From positions 17,193,090 through 17,250,538 of the forward strand of contig NC_057751.1 of the NCBI RefSeq assembly GCF_004010195.1: a DNA stretch of 57,449 bases, in the 5' to 3' direction. Each line of letters begins with the position of its first letter. Within the stretch, counting starts at the first letter, position 1. The notes beneath the pieces are model-generated. The model did no database searches and was not told the DNA's origin. It saw only the letters and a list, made by a program, of their open reading frames with translations. Shown one piece after another: positions 37,427 to 51,200 of this stretch. The position numbers were made by a program, and so were the translations under genes. Source of the stretch: Chiloscyllium plagiosum. Lineage: Eukaryota.

Positions 37427-39100
37427 ATAGAATCATGGAGTCATAGAGATGTACAGCATGGAAACAGGCCACTCAGTCTAACCCGTCCATGCCGACCAGA
37501 TTTCCGAACCCCATCTTGTCCGACCTGCCAGCACCCAGCCCATATCCCTTCAAACACTTCCTTTTCATATACCCATCCAAATGCCTCTTAAATGTTGCAA
37601 TTGTACCAGCCTCCACTACTTCTTCCACCACTTGGCAGCTCATTACATACACGTACCACCCTCAGTGTGAAAATGTTGCCCCGTAGGTCTCTTTTATATC
37701 TTTCCCCTCACACCCTAAACCTATGCCCTTTAGTTCTGGACTCCCCGACACCAGGGAAAAGACTTTGCCTATTTACCCTACCCATGCCCTTATAATTTTG
37801 TAAGCCTCAATAAAGTCACCCCTCAGCCTCCGACGCTCCAGGGAAATCAGCCCCAGCCTGTTCAGCCTCTAGCTGTAGCTCAAATCCTCCAAATATGGCA
37901 GCATCCTTGTAAAACTTTTCTGAATCTTTTCACGTTTCACAACATCTTTCCGCTAGTAAGGAGATCCAAACTTCATGCAATTTTCCAACAGTGGCCTAAC
38001 CAATGTCCTGTGCAGCCGTAGCATGACATCCCATCTCCTGTACTTAATATTCTGACCAATAAAGGAAAGCATACCAAACGCCTTCTTCACTCTCCTAACT
38101 GCGATTGCACTTTCAAGGAGCTATGAACCTGCACTTCAAGGTCTCTTTGTTCAAAAACACTCCCTAGTACCTTACCATTATAGGTCCTGCGAAGAATTGA
38201 TTTCCCAAAATGCAGCACCTGGTATTTATCTGAATTCAACTCCATTTGCTACTTCTCAGCCCATTGGCCCATCTGGTCAAGATCCTGCTGTAATCTGAGG
38301 TAACCCTCTTCGCTGTCCATTACAGCTCCAAGTTTGTTATCAACTGCAAACTTACTAGTTGTACCTCCTTTGCTCGCATCCAAGTCATTTATGTAAATGA
38401 CAAAAAGTAGAGGACCCAGCACAGATCCTTGTGGCACTCCCCTGATCACAGACCTCCAGTCTGAAAAATTACCCTCCACCACCACCCTCTGTTTTCTACC
38501 TTTGAGCCAGTTCTGTATCCAAATGGCTAGTTCTCCCTGTATTCAATGAGATCTAACCTTGCTAACCAGTCTCCCATGGGGAACCTTGCCGAACGCCTTA
38601 CTGAAGTCCATATAGATCACATCTACTGCTCTGCCCTCATCAATCCGTTTTGTTACTTCCTCAAAAAGCCCCACCAAGTTTATAAGACATGATTTCCCAC
38701 GCACAAAGCCATGTTGAAAATCCCTAATCAGTCCTTGCCTTTCCAAATATATGTACATCCTGTCCCTTAGGATTCCCTCCAACAACTTGCCCTCCACTGA
38801 CGTCAGGCTCACTGGTCTATAGTTCCCTGGCCTTCCAGTCTTCTTCCACCTCACCTGTGACGATTGGTGATACAAATATCTCAGCAAGAGGCCCAGCAAT
38901 CACTTCTCCAGCTTCCCACAGAGTTCTCGGGTACTTCCGATCAGGTCCTGGGGATTTACCCACCTTTACCTATTTCAAGACATCCAGCACTTCCTCCTCT
39001 GAAATGTGGACATTTTGCAAGATGTCACTATCTATTTCCCTACAGTCTTTATCTTCCATATCCTTTTCCACAGTAAATAATGATGCAAAGTACTCATTTA
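37427..39100 (-). mobile_element. CR1 LINE ORF2 fragment
   Basis: NYRPVSLTS..QHGFVRGKSCLINL..YMDFSKAF and GVPQGSVLGPLLF motifs; CR1 3' UTR. Confidence 0.9.
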
Positions 39101-40582
39101 CGATTTGTTCTGATTCCATGAATAAGTGCCTTCTTTGTTATTCAACCACTTCCTGGAATCATATCATTCCAATTACACCTTTCGGAATGTCAAGTATTTA
39201 GCGCCGTAACACCCGCTTCGACCTACACATGTCCAACCTTACCATATTGGACCAGTGCTGTGACACTTCAAATACTTATCCAAGAATCGTTTAAAGATTC
39301 TAAGTCTTCCCGCCTCATCTATCCTTCAAGGCAATGCATTCCAAAGCCGCAACACTCTCTCAGTGGAAACAAATGCTTCAATTCCACATTAATCCGCCTA
39401 GTTTTCAACTTAAACATACATCACCCGGACCTTTTTCGCATCCTTGCAAGTAAGTATTCCACCACCGGTTGTGACATAACAGTGGGAGCTAAACTCTGAT
39501 CAAATCCGAAGATTTATGACTCTGGATTGTGTATTGCAGACATCTACCTCGGTGGGATGAAAGGTTGCTTAATGCGAACCGTGCAGAGACAGAAAAATCA
39601 ATTTTAAAATAGCAGTGCACCTGTCTTGTGAGAACAAAAGAGGATACTGCGGACGGAGATTTACTTTACATTTAACTCAGTGCCCGAGGAGTAATTGATG
39701 GAGCCAGTGCATAGAAGTGGCGTGGAATAACCAAATGATTCACTCGACACCCAGAAATTCATTTCTAAAATCAAAGTGTTTATTGAAGTTGGTGGGAAGA
39801 AGCCCTCGGAAAATACAAACAGCTTCTTCTGCAAACAAAGACAAATGCACATTGTTCTACTGTGGTTTCATTCCATCTTTAACATTTACAAAGCAGTCAT
39901 ATTATTAATTAATTATATGCATCTCCAGTCAGTCGACTAATGTCACTGAATGCCGGAGATGGGCAGGCATGTCGTCAATCCTCAGTCTCCAATGTCTCAT
40001 GATGTTTCCCCCTCTCTCTTATCTTACTTCTTATAGATTTTCGAAATCGACACTGGATTCAAGTATATTCCTGCCTAGACATTTCCCAGCTGCACCAGAT
40101 AAACTGTCAAATAACTGGATACTTGCCTATCATCTCGGGTCAATTTAAATTGTTTATTCACCTTGTTGCAGTAAATACAATATAAACTCATTTTTACTAT
40201 CTGTTATAATATCTGTTCTAATAGAGTTATGTGATCACAACTACTGTTAAAATTCTTTTCCCAACAAAGCTATGAACATTTTCTTTCTTGCTGGATTTAT
40301 GAGACAACTCTGTCTCTATTCTTGGCTGTCTTACATAGTGTTCATTCAAACCATACTCCAATGTCTGCCAGGTTCTGTACCTACGACTCACGTCTCCACG
40401 TAATGATGTGGGAGCTGCTTTTCGTGTCTGAGGCTGGTTTGCTCGCATAAGTTTATATGAATCATTTCCCTTAATTTTTGTTTTGTATACAGATGAATCA
40501 ACAATTCCTTCAGAAACTGACATCTACGACTATTTGAAGGATACTGGAGAATACTATTAGTATTGTGGACAGATTCACTCAT

Positions 40583-40800
40583 TAAATGTCGTGTGGGTAT
40601 TTATGTCTTATGCAGACACAACTGCAGCTGCATATTCCATGTCAGTAAAGTCACCGTGGATCTACAACCATACTATTACTGTTCTTGCGAAGACTACATT
40701 AATCAAATATTTTCCCAAGCATGGGAACTACTGTTCGGCATTTTCTGCTACATTAGGCATGGGCAGCCATTAGCCATTTTGTGCTGCCCAGTCATTGGCA
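40583..40800 (+). pseudogene. Possible decayed GPR139-like exon-2 relic (TM1-TM3)
   Basis: taaatgtcgtg vs taaatatcgtg at 16681; VGIYVLCRHNCS vs VTIAILSRGNCG; VDL; TVLAK..KYFP vs EVILRK..YFS. Ends at a 69-bp satellite unit (~40810-40890). Confidence 0.4.
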
Positions 40801-40929
40801 CCCGGAACAAGCTTTACTCTACATGTAACCTCATGATGCAACTGTCCTCGAAGTGTTTGATAGGACAGTGTAAAGGGAGGTTATAAAGTAGTAGAGGGCA
40901 TGTAATCCAATTTGGTACTGGCTGGTGGA

Positions 40930-41800
40930 ATATTTTATGATGACATTGAAAAGAGAAATTCACTTGCTTTCTAAAAAAAAATCGTGGATCTTTATTCTCT
41001 ATTGAAGCATGTGTGATACCTGCATAAGATATGTTTGTTGGCGAGAGTGCAGTGAGATTTACTTGGAGAACGAACACTGTGGTGTAGTTGTCCTGGGATG
41101 ATTTTGGGGTTTTCTGATCAATAATGAAACGCATGGTGAAAATAGCACGGGAATTTCAAAAGGGTTTCTAACCATTGCTAAAGGTTTAGACGATGATCCA
41201 ACCTGAATGTCCAGAAGTCGCATGACGTTTTGCTCCCTATGAAACCTACCTATTATCCTATCGAAATTTATAATCACGTCAAATCTTTTCATGAGGCCTC
41301 AAAAGTTCGAAGCCTAGCTTGGTCCAGTGATCTGTCCTTGGCAGAGTGAAAGTTTTTTGTTGTCACAATCTAGTTGAAAAGTCTAAAATTCAAGTATTTT
41401 TCTGAAAAAAAAGAACTACTCTATTGTTTATTGACATGTTCTTTTAAAAAAAACAATGTTATGATTCTTTCAAGTCTGCAACACAGACGTAAGTATTCCA
41501 TACCTTCAAACTCTGTGTGTTAGATGGCGCAAAAGTGGCAACATTACAAACTGTTCACTTCACTCATTCAAATGCACGTGAAAATTAAGGCTAATTCAGT
41601 TCAATTCTAGATTCCAGGAATTTAACACTGGGGTTGTATCATTTCGACCTCTTGCCACTGCATCCTAATGGTCCATTTATCATTCTGGTGAATCAAAAGC
41701 ATGTGGAATCCTAATTCCAGTCTCTTTATTGCTTTTTACAATTAAACCATAAATGTTATTCCTGGGCTAAGATCAAATGGCTAAAGTAAACAAAGCTGAA
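40930..41800 (-). pseudogene. Heavily decayed NLR NACHT-domain exon relic
   Basis: Collinear degenerate motifs on -: TGIR (Walker A region), KFLE..RIELN..P*F, FEGME..ADLKR (Walker B FDGLD), IVTTK (sensor 1), LAMVRNP, RKPQNHPRTTT, SIENKDPR. Confidence 0.5.
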
Positions 41801-42189
41801 TTGCATGTCTCATTCCTTCAGAAGCATGTGCCGTGGCTTGCAGCTTGAACTGCATCTCACAATTTGTACATTATCATCTTTTCACCTCCTGCATGTGAAA
41901 TACAGAGAGATTTGTAGTGGTGCTCTTTGGTGTTTTAACTGAGGAGAACGATATGAACTAATTGGTCGAATGGTCCAACGGCACAGGGCAGAGAAGGTAT
42001 AAATTCTGTCAGCACCCGGTTGGGGGACGAAATGTGTCACAAGTTGTTTTCGCTCATGCATTCATTCCTGTGCTGTAGAAATGTTAGTTTTGATTGCAAG
42101 GAGTGGGAGTCGAGAAGGGATATCTAAAGGTATATGCGGTCACGATTGATTTAGACACAAATTACAGAATTGATTAATAGTTGTAGTGG

Positions 42190-44700
42190 AATAGAATCAT
42201 ATAGCACTAATACAGATCCTTCACTCCACCAGTCTATGCCAAGCATAATCCAAAACTACATGAGTCCGACTGGCCTGCGCCTGACTCATATCTCTTCAAA
42301 TACTTGCTATTTGCATAGATCCATAAATATCGTTTAAACTTATCGCGGTAACCTCATACACCACTACATCTGGTGAACCTCTTTCTGTGCAAATAGACTT
42401 GGATTTCATGTCTCTTTTCAAATCGTTCTGCACTTACATAAAAAAAAAATGCTTTTAAAATCTTGAATTGTCCCACCGGAGGAAAAAGACAACTAAAATT
42501 CACCTTATCTCTCCCCCTGATTACTCTATACACCTGTATAACGTCAGATCACAACCTCCTACGCTCGTTAAAGAAAACGTGTAAACCTATTCTGTGTCTC
42601 TTACGAAGGCAAACCCTTCATTCCTAATGACATTGTCGTGCCCCTTCCTACCAGGTCGACCAGAAGAGGCCTCGCCAGCATCTTCTACGTTTGCTGCATA
42701 TCACATCAATTCCTATATTCTCAGATCTCAACAATCAAGAGAAACCTGCTGAATACGTTCCGCACAGTAGTATCTAAATGTGATGCAATATTTTAAAAAT
42801 TATGTAACTGAATCACTAGGCCTTTCTCTTCTACTTCATAGCGGAAGGATTTGCCTTTAATTGGTTAAGTCTCATCAATGCTTATTTTTAAATTAAGTTC
42901 AATTTACAATTCTTTAACCCATTGACCAAATTGATCAAGACCTCATTCAAATCTTAGATAGACTTATTTTTAGTCCACTATACCACCAATGTGTATCATT
43001 CACACATTTTTAAACCATGCTTTCTGTAGTCCACTCTGAATAATTTATATCAATGAAAAACGGAAGTAGACCCAACACCAATCACTGTGGATCACCGCTG
43101 ATCACAGGTCTCAATCCGGTAAACAAATCTTTGCCATAATTCCGGCTCTTCTGTTTTTAAGCCAATTTTGTATCCAATCGGCTAGCTCACATGGAATACC
43201 ATGTGATCTAACTTTAGTGATTAGTGTATCAAATCAATTTTATCAAAGGCTTTACAAAAGTCTAAGTAAAGAACACCTATCACTTTGCACTTATCAATTT
43301 TCTTGGTTAATTGCTGAAAAACATTAACCAAGTCTCACACAATGCTGTGTTGGACACCCTAGTGCTTCCTTACCTCTCCAAGTTCATTTAATTGATATCT
43401 TTCAGAATCTCGTCCCAAACGTACCCAATACTGAAGTCAGACTCAGAAGCGTATAGTTCCAAATCGTCTCCTTACAAACCCTCTTAAAGAAATGCACAAC
43501 ATTTACCACTGTCCAGTCATCCTATACCTTTATTGTAGTTATATGCGACATGAATATTTTGCAAACGGCCCACAATTTCCTCTCTAACTTAGAACAAGGT
43601 TGTGGGCCACAAAATGTCGGGTGCTGGATACATTTCCAACTTTATATTTTCTAAGATATCCAGTAATTCCTCTTTGGCAAAGTAAACTTTTCTCTAATCC
43701 TCAATGCTGATTTCCTTGAGTTCTCCAGCCGCTACTGCTTTCTCCACTATAATAACTGATGTAACATATTAATCCAATACCTCTCCTATCTGTTTTGGTT
43801 CAACATAAAGATGGTCTGTTTCATCTCAAGGCCCGAGTATCTCTCTATTTCTTAGCCTGCTCCTAATGGTCGCAATCTCTTTGCATTATCCTGAATATTA
43901 TTTGCCGAGGTTATATCATATCCTGTCTTTGCCTTCCTTTTAGGGATGCCTAGATATTGTTTATACTGTTCAAGAACATCAGTTGAATCCAGTTGTTTAT
44001 AGTCAAGTTATGATTCCTTTTGTGTTCTTGATGAGAACTTTAATGATATTATTCATTTTTTCCTAATAATTACAGCCTTACATTTTACTCTAACAGGAAC
44101 ATGATGACTCTAAACACTCATTACCGCTCATTTGAAATCTTTCCTCTTACCAGATGTCTTTTTATTTGCGAACAGTCTCCTCTAATCAGAGTTTGGATGT
44201 TCTTGTCTTGTACCGTTTAAATGAGAATCAAAGTGCTCTCCATATGATCAATTCACTTTGTTGTCCTGTTCCAATATCCAAGAGAAGGTGACATTAGGTT
44301 TCTCTGCTCGTCACACGTATGTTTTGAGAAATAAAGTTTTCTTCAACACATTTAGAAAAATTCCTCTTGCACCGTTAAAATTAGAGCCAAAGTATTCCCC
44401 ATGTGATCACTTAATTTCGTGTCCTGTCCTATTAGACAAGAGAAGATGAAGTTATGCTGCTCTGCTCGTCACATTTATGTTTTGATAAATAGAGTTTTCT
44501 TGAAAACATTTAGCAAATTTTACACCATCCAAATCTTTAACACCATGGTAGTCCCAGTCAATGTTTGAAAAATTGAAATCATTACATTAATTACAACCTT
44601 ATTCTTCTTACATATATCTGAGTTTTCCCTAAATATTTGATTGTCAATTTCGTGCTGATTATTTAGCAGTTTGTATATAGACAGTCCCATCAAGGTTATT
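42190..44700 (-). mobile_element. Old, highly decayed CR1 LINE
   Basis: Degenerate CR1 3' end and RT/endonuclease nucleotide motifs (e.g. cccaacaccaatcactgtggatcacc, ttatcaaaggctttacaaaagtc). Confidence 0.7.
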
Positions 44701-44913
44701 TTCTTTTAATTTTTAATTTCAGTTGAAATTCACTGCTCTGGGTTAATCGAACGATTCACGTGTATCTTGATCAATTTCCAGACTTCAATCAGAGTGACAG
44801 GAATATACAAAAAGAATGACATCTCAAGCCAACCACTGAATTATAAATCCGAAGCCTTGCTCACAATCTGACATAGATGGTTCATATAGAATCAGGCTTA
44901 CTTTATTCCGAAA

Positions 44914-45193
44914 GGGCAGCACGGTGGTTAGCACTGCTGCCTCACAGCGCCTGAGGCCCGGGTTCAATTCCTGCCTCAGGCAGGACTGTGTGGAGTTTGC
45001 ACATTCTCTCCGTGTCTGCGTGGGTTTCCTCCGGGTGCTCCGGTTTCCTCCGACAGTCCAAAGATATGCAGGGTAGGTGAATTGGTCATGCTAAATTGCC
45101 CGTAGTGGTAGGTGTATGGGTGGGTTGCGCTTCGGCGGGTCGGTGTGGACTTGTTGGGCCGAAGGGCCTGTTTCCACACTGCAAGTAATCTAA
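44914..45193 (+). mobile_element. HE1/V-SINE-type SINE
   Basis: tRNA-like head (tggttagc..ggttcaattcc), V-domain gtgtggagtttgcacattctc..ggtttcctccgggtgctccggtttcctcc, CR1-derived tail. TSD tccgaaa at 44907-44913 and 45199-45205. Confidence 0.92.
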
Positions 45194-45817
45194 ATATGTC
45201 CGAAATGATAAAATTTTAAAACAGCAAAATGCAAGCCAAGTATTTCATCGGAGAATATTGTGTGCCCATCTTGCTGTTCTGATTAATAGAAAACTCCCAT
45301 TTTCATTCCTTGTTACAATCCACGAATTGTACACTTTAAACTAATTGTTTGTTGCTCGCTGTGAGAAGTGTGACAGCTCCGCCTGACATCGAACATACAA
45401 GAACATCAGTTGAAATCTTGCTCTCCTGAAACATGTGTTTCCTGCTTCTTTCTTTTTGTCTCGTGACCGTTCCGTCAGGTGGGAGTCGAGTGAAAAGGCT
45501 GAGAGTGTTTTATTGATTCCTAAACCATACCCAAAAGAAGTGTGCATGCATGCGATCATTTCATTGTAGAAATGGTGCATGGACAGACGCATAGCATAGA
45601 CAGACGCACGATAACTGGCTATTCACCTACCCAGGCAATCAAATACGTCACTTGCCTCACTTCTCCCCCAGAAACCTGCTTGTAATTCTCTGTCAGTGAT
45701 TTATCCAGTTCCTCTTTGGATAATAAATTATTCTGTCCAATGCTGGAAGTCACTGATCTCTATGTGTGTGCTCAGATGCCCTTGTATTCAAATTACACAG
45801 AACACTGACATGCTGAA

Positions 45818-46075
45818 TTAGATTACTTACTTGCAGTGTGGAAACAGGCCTTTCGGCCCAACAAGGCCACACCGACCCTCCGAAGAGCAAGCCACCCAGA
45901 CCTATGCCCCTAACCTGCACATTTCTTTGGACTGTGGGAGGAAACCGGAGCAAAGCCACGCAGCCGTGGGGAGAATAAGTAAACTCCGCACAGACCGTTC
46001 CCTGAGGCGGGAACTGAACCCAGATCTCTGGCGCTGTGAGGCAGCAGTGCTAACCACTGTGCCACGGTGCCACCC
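45818..46075 (-). mobile_element. HE1/V-SINE-type SINE
   Basis: - strand gggtggcaccgtggcacagtggttagcactgctgcctcacagcgcc..., V-domain and tail. Confidence 0.9.
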
Positions 46076-47119
46076 AAGAAGATGCAAGCACATTGGCTTT
46101 GAAGAGCAAGGACACATTGCCAAGTCTGCTTTACTGAGATCGACATAAATAATCCAATGGGCCACTTTCATCTTCAGATTAATTACGAACATTTATGAAA
46201 AGCAGGACTGTAAGAATGAATACACTTTCGTGTTCTGTCCAAATCAAACATTGATATACTTGAGAACAGAAACGAGTCTGGTGTTCGATGTGACTTGGCC
46301 AACATCTTGCGACTTTCACCATGAATTTGGAGTATCCAAGCATGAAGAATATCCTCCTTGCACCTATTCTGTACAGATCTGTTGCAGTTGCATTATTTTA
46401 AATCAGATCTCTTCGAGTTCTTCTGAATTCCAGTCAATTCCCTAAAAGATGTAATCTGTCCTCAGACGTCATCCTCGACATCTTTAGCATCAGCCTCGTG
46501 ACTGTCTGCTGCACTCTCTCTGTGGCAAGTCCTTCATTTCTTAGGCAGGGAAAGAAAAACAACAAACTTTCTATTTGCCAATGAGCAGAAGCACAACTTA
46601 CTCAAGCTTTCCTCGTAAGAGTGTCCCTCCACACCCACTGTCATTCTAGCGAATCCTCACTGCACTGCATTGAATGCCAGAACACCTTTCCTGATATCAG
46701 AGGTATAAAACTGTTCACAGCTTTGCAACTGTGATCTGAGTAGTGTTGTGGGATTGGAGTGCCTTTATTAGGTGGAGACTCAGAAAAACAGCATGGTAGA
46801 GTGGATAGATGCAACTATTTTCACATCATACCCAATAGTGAGCAGTATGATTATGAGGTGTACATAAGGCAACAAAAAGAAAATAAGAGCTGGAATGGTC
46901 GGTCTGGCCCCTCGACCCTGTTGTGCCATTCCAAAGGATCTTGGCTATTTTTACAGACCTCAAACCCACTTTCTTGCACTTTTTCCAACACACTGGATTC
47001 CCTTACTGGATCAAGAATCGATCTCAGCTTTAAACATACACAAGTTTTGTGTTGGAAGGAGGTACAAAGAACTCAAACTGTGTGTGAAAAGAAATTCCTC
47101 CTCTACTCAGTCTTAAATT

Positions 47120-47880
47120 AGGGTGTGCTGTCCGTATCCTTGGAGTGTTTGATGTAGACAGTGTTAAAATAACTTTTCTCTGCATCTCTTGTCATACTGT
47201 CCCAGTCCTTGGAGTATTTGATGTGGACCTTGTCGAAAGAGCTCTTCTCTGTATTTAACCAGGTCCTGTATGAACCCTGGGAGTTTTTACTGAGCACAGT
47301 GCAGAGCACTATTTATGCTGTATCAATCCTCGTTCTCTCCCTGTTCTCGCAGAGTTTGATGAGGACAGTGTCGAGACATTTTTACTCTGTACGTAGTCAC
47401 ATTCTGTCCCAGTAATTGGAGTGATGAATGAGGGACAGTACAGAGAGAGATTTCCTCTGCCTTTAACCCCCTCCTAACCCTGTAATGGGTTTGTTAGATG
47501 GGAACAGTTTAGAGGCAGCTCTGCTCTGTATCTAAACCCATATTGTTCCAGCCTTGGGAGTATTTGATAGGGACGGTGGACAAGAAGATTTAATGCATAT
47601 CTGACCCAATGCTGTCCCTGTTCTGGGAGTTTTGGTGGGGGACCTCTACTCGTGTATTACATTGTATCCAACGCCGTTTTATTCATATCACATATTATTT
47701 GATGGGGATAGTGTCAGGAAGGTATTATCTGTATCTAACACGATCTCGTAACTGTCCTGGGAGAGTTTGATGAGGACCATGTCGAAGAAGCCTCACTTAA
47801 TATCCAAATATACACGAACCCTGTCATACCAGTGTTTGATGTGGAAAGTCGGAGGGAGGTTTACCACAAAGATCTACATA
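47120..47880 (+). repeat. Degenerate 69-bp tandem satellite (~10 units)
   Basis: Same unit as 7630-9975; period 69 between 47525 and 47594. Confidence 0.82.
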
Positions 47881-50800
47881 GTGCATGAGTAGACACATCG
47901 GCCCTCTGAGCCTGCGCCCTTCAATAGTAAAACTGTCTTCACTTACAGCATCTGTATCTCTGTATTCCCTTCCTACCCAGTTTTCTTTCGATACTGCTGT
48001 CCTGGTTTCATCTGCCACCACCTTTGGCAGCACCTTCCAGAAACTCACCAATCTTTGTGAAAACCTGCCTCGCACATCTCTTTTATACTTCCGTTACACC
48101 CCCTCCCCGCCAACCCACAGTTTGATCCTATGTTCCCTAATAAGTGCATTCTCCATCCTGAAAAATGCCCCATACATTACGCTGTATTCATGCCATTCCA
48201 AATCTTTCAGGCTTCCAGCATGTCGCCTCTCAACCTCCTGTATTCAAGCAAAAAAATTCTATCCAACATTTTTTCACGGCTACAATCCTCCATAGAAGGC
48301 AACATCTGGCAAACCTTCACTGCACCTCTGCAAAACATCAACATTCTTCTGGTCGTGTGAAAATCTTAACTGTACACAATATTCCATGTGTGGTCTAAAT
48401 GAAGTTCCACAAAACTGCAGCATAAGTAGACTAACCTTATACTCAAAGCCTCTTCCAATGAAGGCAAGCCGGCTATTGGCCTTTTTTTAAAAGCATTACC
48501 TAACTACACTGCCACCCTCAATGATCTGTGGAACTGGACACACACAAACATTGATTTGTCCTTGGGATCTTTGTAACCGCGGTCATAAAGACAAATGCGT
48601 GAAGGGTCGAGACAGAGACGACCCGTTCTCCCAGCTTTGGTTCTTTCTAGGTTAGTTTAACTGTGGCAGTCAGAAACTGCTGCAATTCAGAAAGGTCCCA
48701 GGCTTCAGCAGAAGGCACTTGACTAACTGTTCTCTCGGGGATCTCCTGAGAAGTGATTCCATCCTTCTTGTAAGAACTTTTGTTTGAATTAAGCTTATTG
48801 CCATGTGGTGTGTTTGTGGGATGCTGCTCATTTGGAAAAGCTCCTTAATTAAATTGCTGGATCGGGTCGGTAAAGATTTCCAATAGTTAAGGAACTCCAA
48901 GTTCCGTTTTCTTTGTTCATGTTTCAACTGGAGCATTTGAATAAACTGCATTTTGCTGAAAGCTGAATGGTTTGATGAGTTACATCAAACTTGGATTTTC
49001 CACTTCACATCTACCGTTAAATTGAGAGAAAATTTAAAGTCTAGGGTAACTTGTTAAAATATTTTGAGGGTGTCTGTCTTGTTCTGGAATACTCTGCATG
49101 TAAATAAGCCTGAAGGTTCTGCCATTCAGTTTTCAATTTTCATCACTACTTGACCTTCCAAAATGCAACACCACACATTCGTCAGAATTAAACACTAGCT
49201 GCCATACTTCTGCTTACCCTCCAATTAGCCATATCCTTTGACAATCCTCCTTCATAATAATGACACCATCAATCAGTTATCGTTCCAAACTTACTAATCA
49301 GACCAGGTATATTTTCCTCCAACTCAGTTATGTCGATCATGAAAGCAAAAGTCCCAATAATAATTCCTATGGTTTAACTTCAGTATCAGACCTCCATTCA
49401 TGAAAACATCCTTCCATCTATCTGATATGCCTAAGCTGGCTCTGCATCCATCTTGCCAGCTCACTCTTGATGCGAAGTGACTTCACTTTTTCTACTGGTC
49501 TGCCATGAACTATTTTGTTAACCTTTGCTGACGTCCATATGAGCTTTTCCCTGATCAATCATCTCTGTCACTTCCTCAATAAAAGGCGATCAATTTATTG
49601 AGGCGCGTTCTCCCTCGCACAGAAAATTGCTGTCCATTGCGAATAATTCAATTTACTTCGAAATGTGTGTCCAACTTGTCCTGAAAAATGTTTTTTTCCA
49701 AAAGATTTCCTATAAAAGATGTTACATTCGCAGGTCTGTATTTTTAAGGATTATCCCTAGGACCCTTCATAAACAATGGACAGCTTAGCTATTCTCCAGT
49801 CCACGGAGACATTTCCTGTGCCCAAGGTGATACAAAGATAGATTTTAGGGCTCCATCAATTACTTCACCTGTCTCCCTCCATATTCTGGGGTAGATTCCA
49901 TCCGGACCTGGGGACCTAACTACCTTAATACTTTTTATGACGCACAATAAATCATTTTTTTTTATCGCAACTTGGTGTAAAACGTCGACATTCCCTTGTC
50001 TGAGATCAATTACTTCATTTTGGTGAACACACACACAAAGCGTTCATTTTAGACATTACATCTCCTTTGTCCATCCATGTGCCAACCCTTTCCGTAGCTA
50101 TCTTTTTGCCTTTTTTATATGGATAAAAATACTTGGTAACCTTTTAAACCTGCTTGCTAATGAATTTTGATGACCCCTTTTAGCTTTTCTAATGTCGTTT
50201 TAAAATTGTTTCGTTCTTTCCATATATATTTCAAGGGCTCTGTTATTCCCTGTCCCCCTATACCTTCTGTGTGCTTCCTTTTCCTTCCTGACAAAGTTTA
50301 CAGCATCCCTGTTGATCCAACGTTCAGGCACCTGACCATGCCGATCCTTCAATCTTGCAGGAACATTCTGCTCCTAAACTCATATCAAACGCCGTTTCAA
50401 ATACTCCCCCATGTTCGATGTTGGTTGCCCATCAAACAGCTGCCTGCTATCAACTATTCTCCAGTTCCTGCCCCAATACTGTTGCTATTGACCTTCGTCC
50501 ACTTTAACATTAACATTTGGAGACTGCTGTTGTCCCTGTCTGTGAAGACTTTAAAACGCATGGCATTATGTTCACTACTCCCGAAATACTCCAGTCTTGA
50601 ACCTCCATTCATCTGGCTGGGTCCAGTAGAATCCCTTCCCTGCCGAGACTGTTTACATGTGTCAAAATTCTCCTGTATGGTTTATAAAAACTCAGTCCCG
50701 TCCAAACTCCTACAATGTGATGAGTTCCAGTCAATCTCGGCGAAGATAAAATCAACAATTGCAAAAACCTCGCTGTTTTTCCATTTTTAGAAAATCTGTC

Positions 50801-51200
50801 GACAAATTCTCCTCTACCTCGCACTGTCTGTTGGGATGTCTGCTATATACCACCAGGATTCTGATTCCACCTTTGCTATTTCTGAGGTCAAAGCAAATTG
50901 CCTCACGCATGCGTCGTCTACAGTGACCTCCTCCTATACATCTGTGAGATACTGGTTTACCAGTAAAGCAAATGCCCCACTCCCTTAAGCCGCATTTCTT
51001 TCACACCTGAAATGTAGATAAAAGAAAGATCTGGAACACGTTCCGGTTGCAAGTCTTGTCACTCAAACAAGGTTCTGTTTCACAATAATTTCTCAGCACT
51101 GACGAAAATGTCTAAGTTCATCCATCATAAGTTCATCTACTTTGCCTATTACACTTCACGCTTTGAAACACATGCATTTCAGTCCACCTTCCAAACACTC
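47880..51200 (-). mobile_element. Old decayed CR1 LINE fragments
   Basis: MRGRFSQRLVSFW and SPGPDGIYPRIWRE motifs; interrupted at ~48572-49092. Confidence 0.72.
48572..49092 (+). mobile_element. Probable solo LTR
   Basis: Starts TGTAAC, has an AATAAA at ~48940, and interrupts the CR1. No internal coding sequence. Confidence 0.4.

Noticed and set aside
39700..39860. Weak NACHT winged-helix-like match on - (EQCAF..KKLFVFSEG)
   Set aside because: It is a single short motif needing a frameshift and cannot be separated from chance by eye.
40493..40790. Chemokine-receptor pseudogene (acidic/Tyr-rich start after an AG; MGSH-LAI resembling MDRYLAI)
   Set aside because: It needs many frameshifts, and the match to the local GPR139-like gene is better.
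44914..44975. tRNA gene
   Set aside because: The A/B-box-like head continues into the V-domain and LINE tail, so it is a SINE head.
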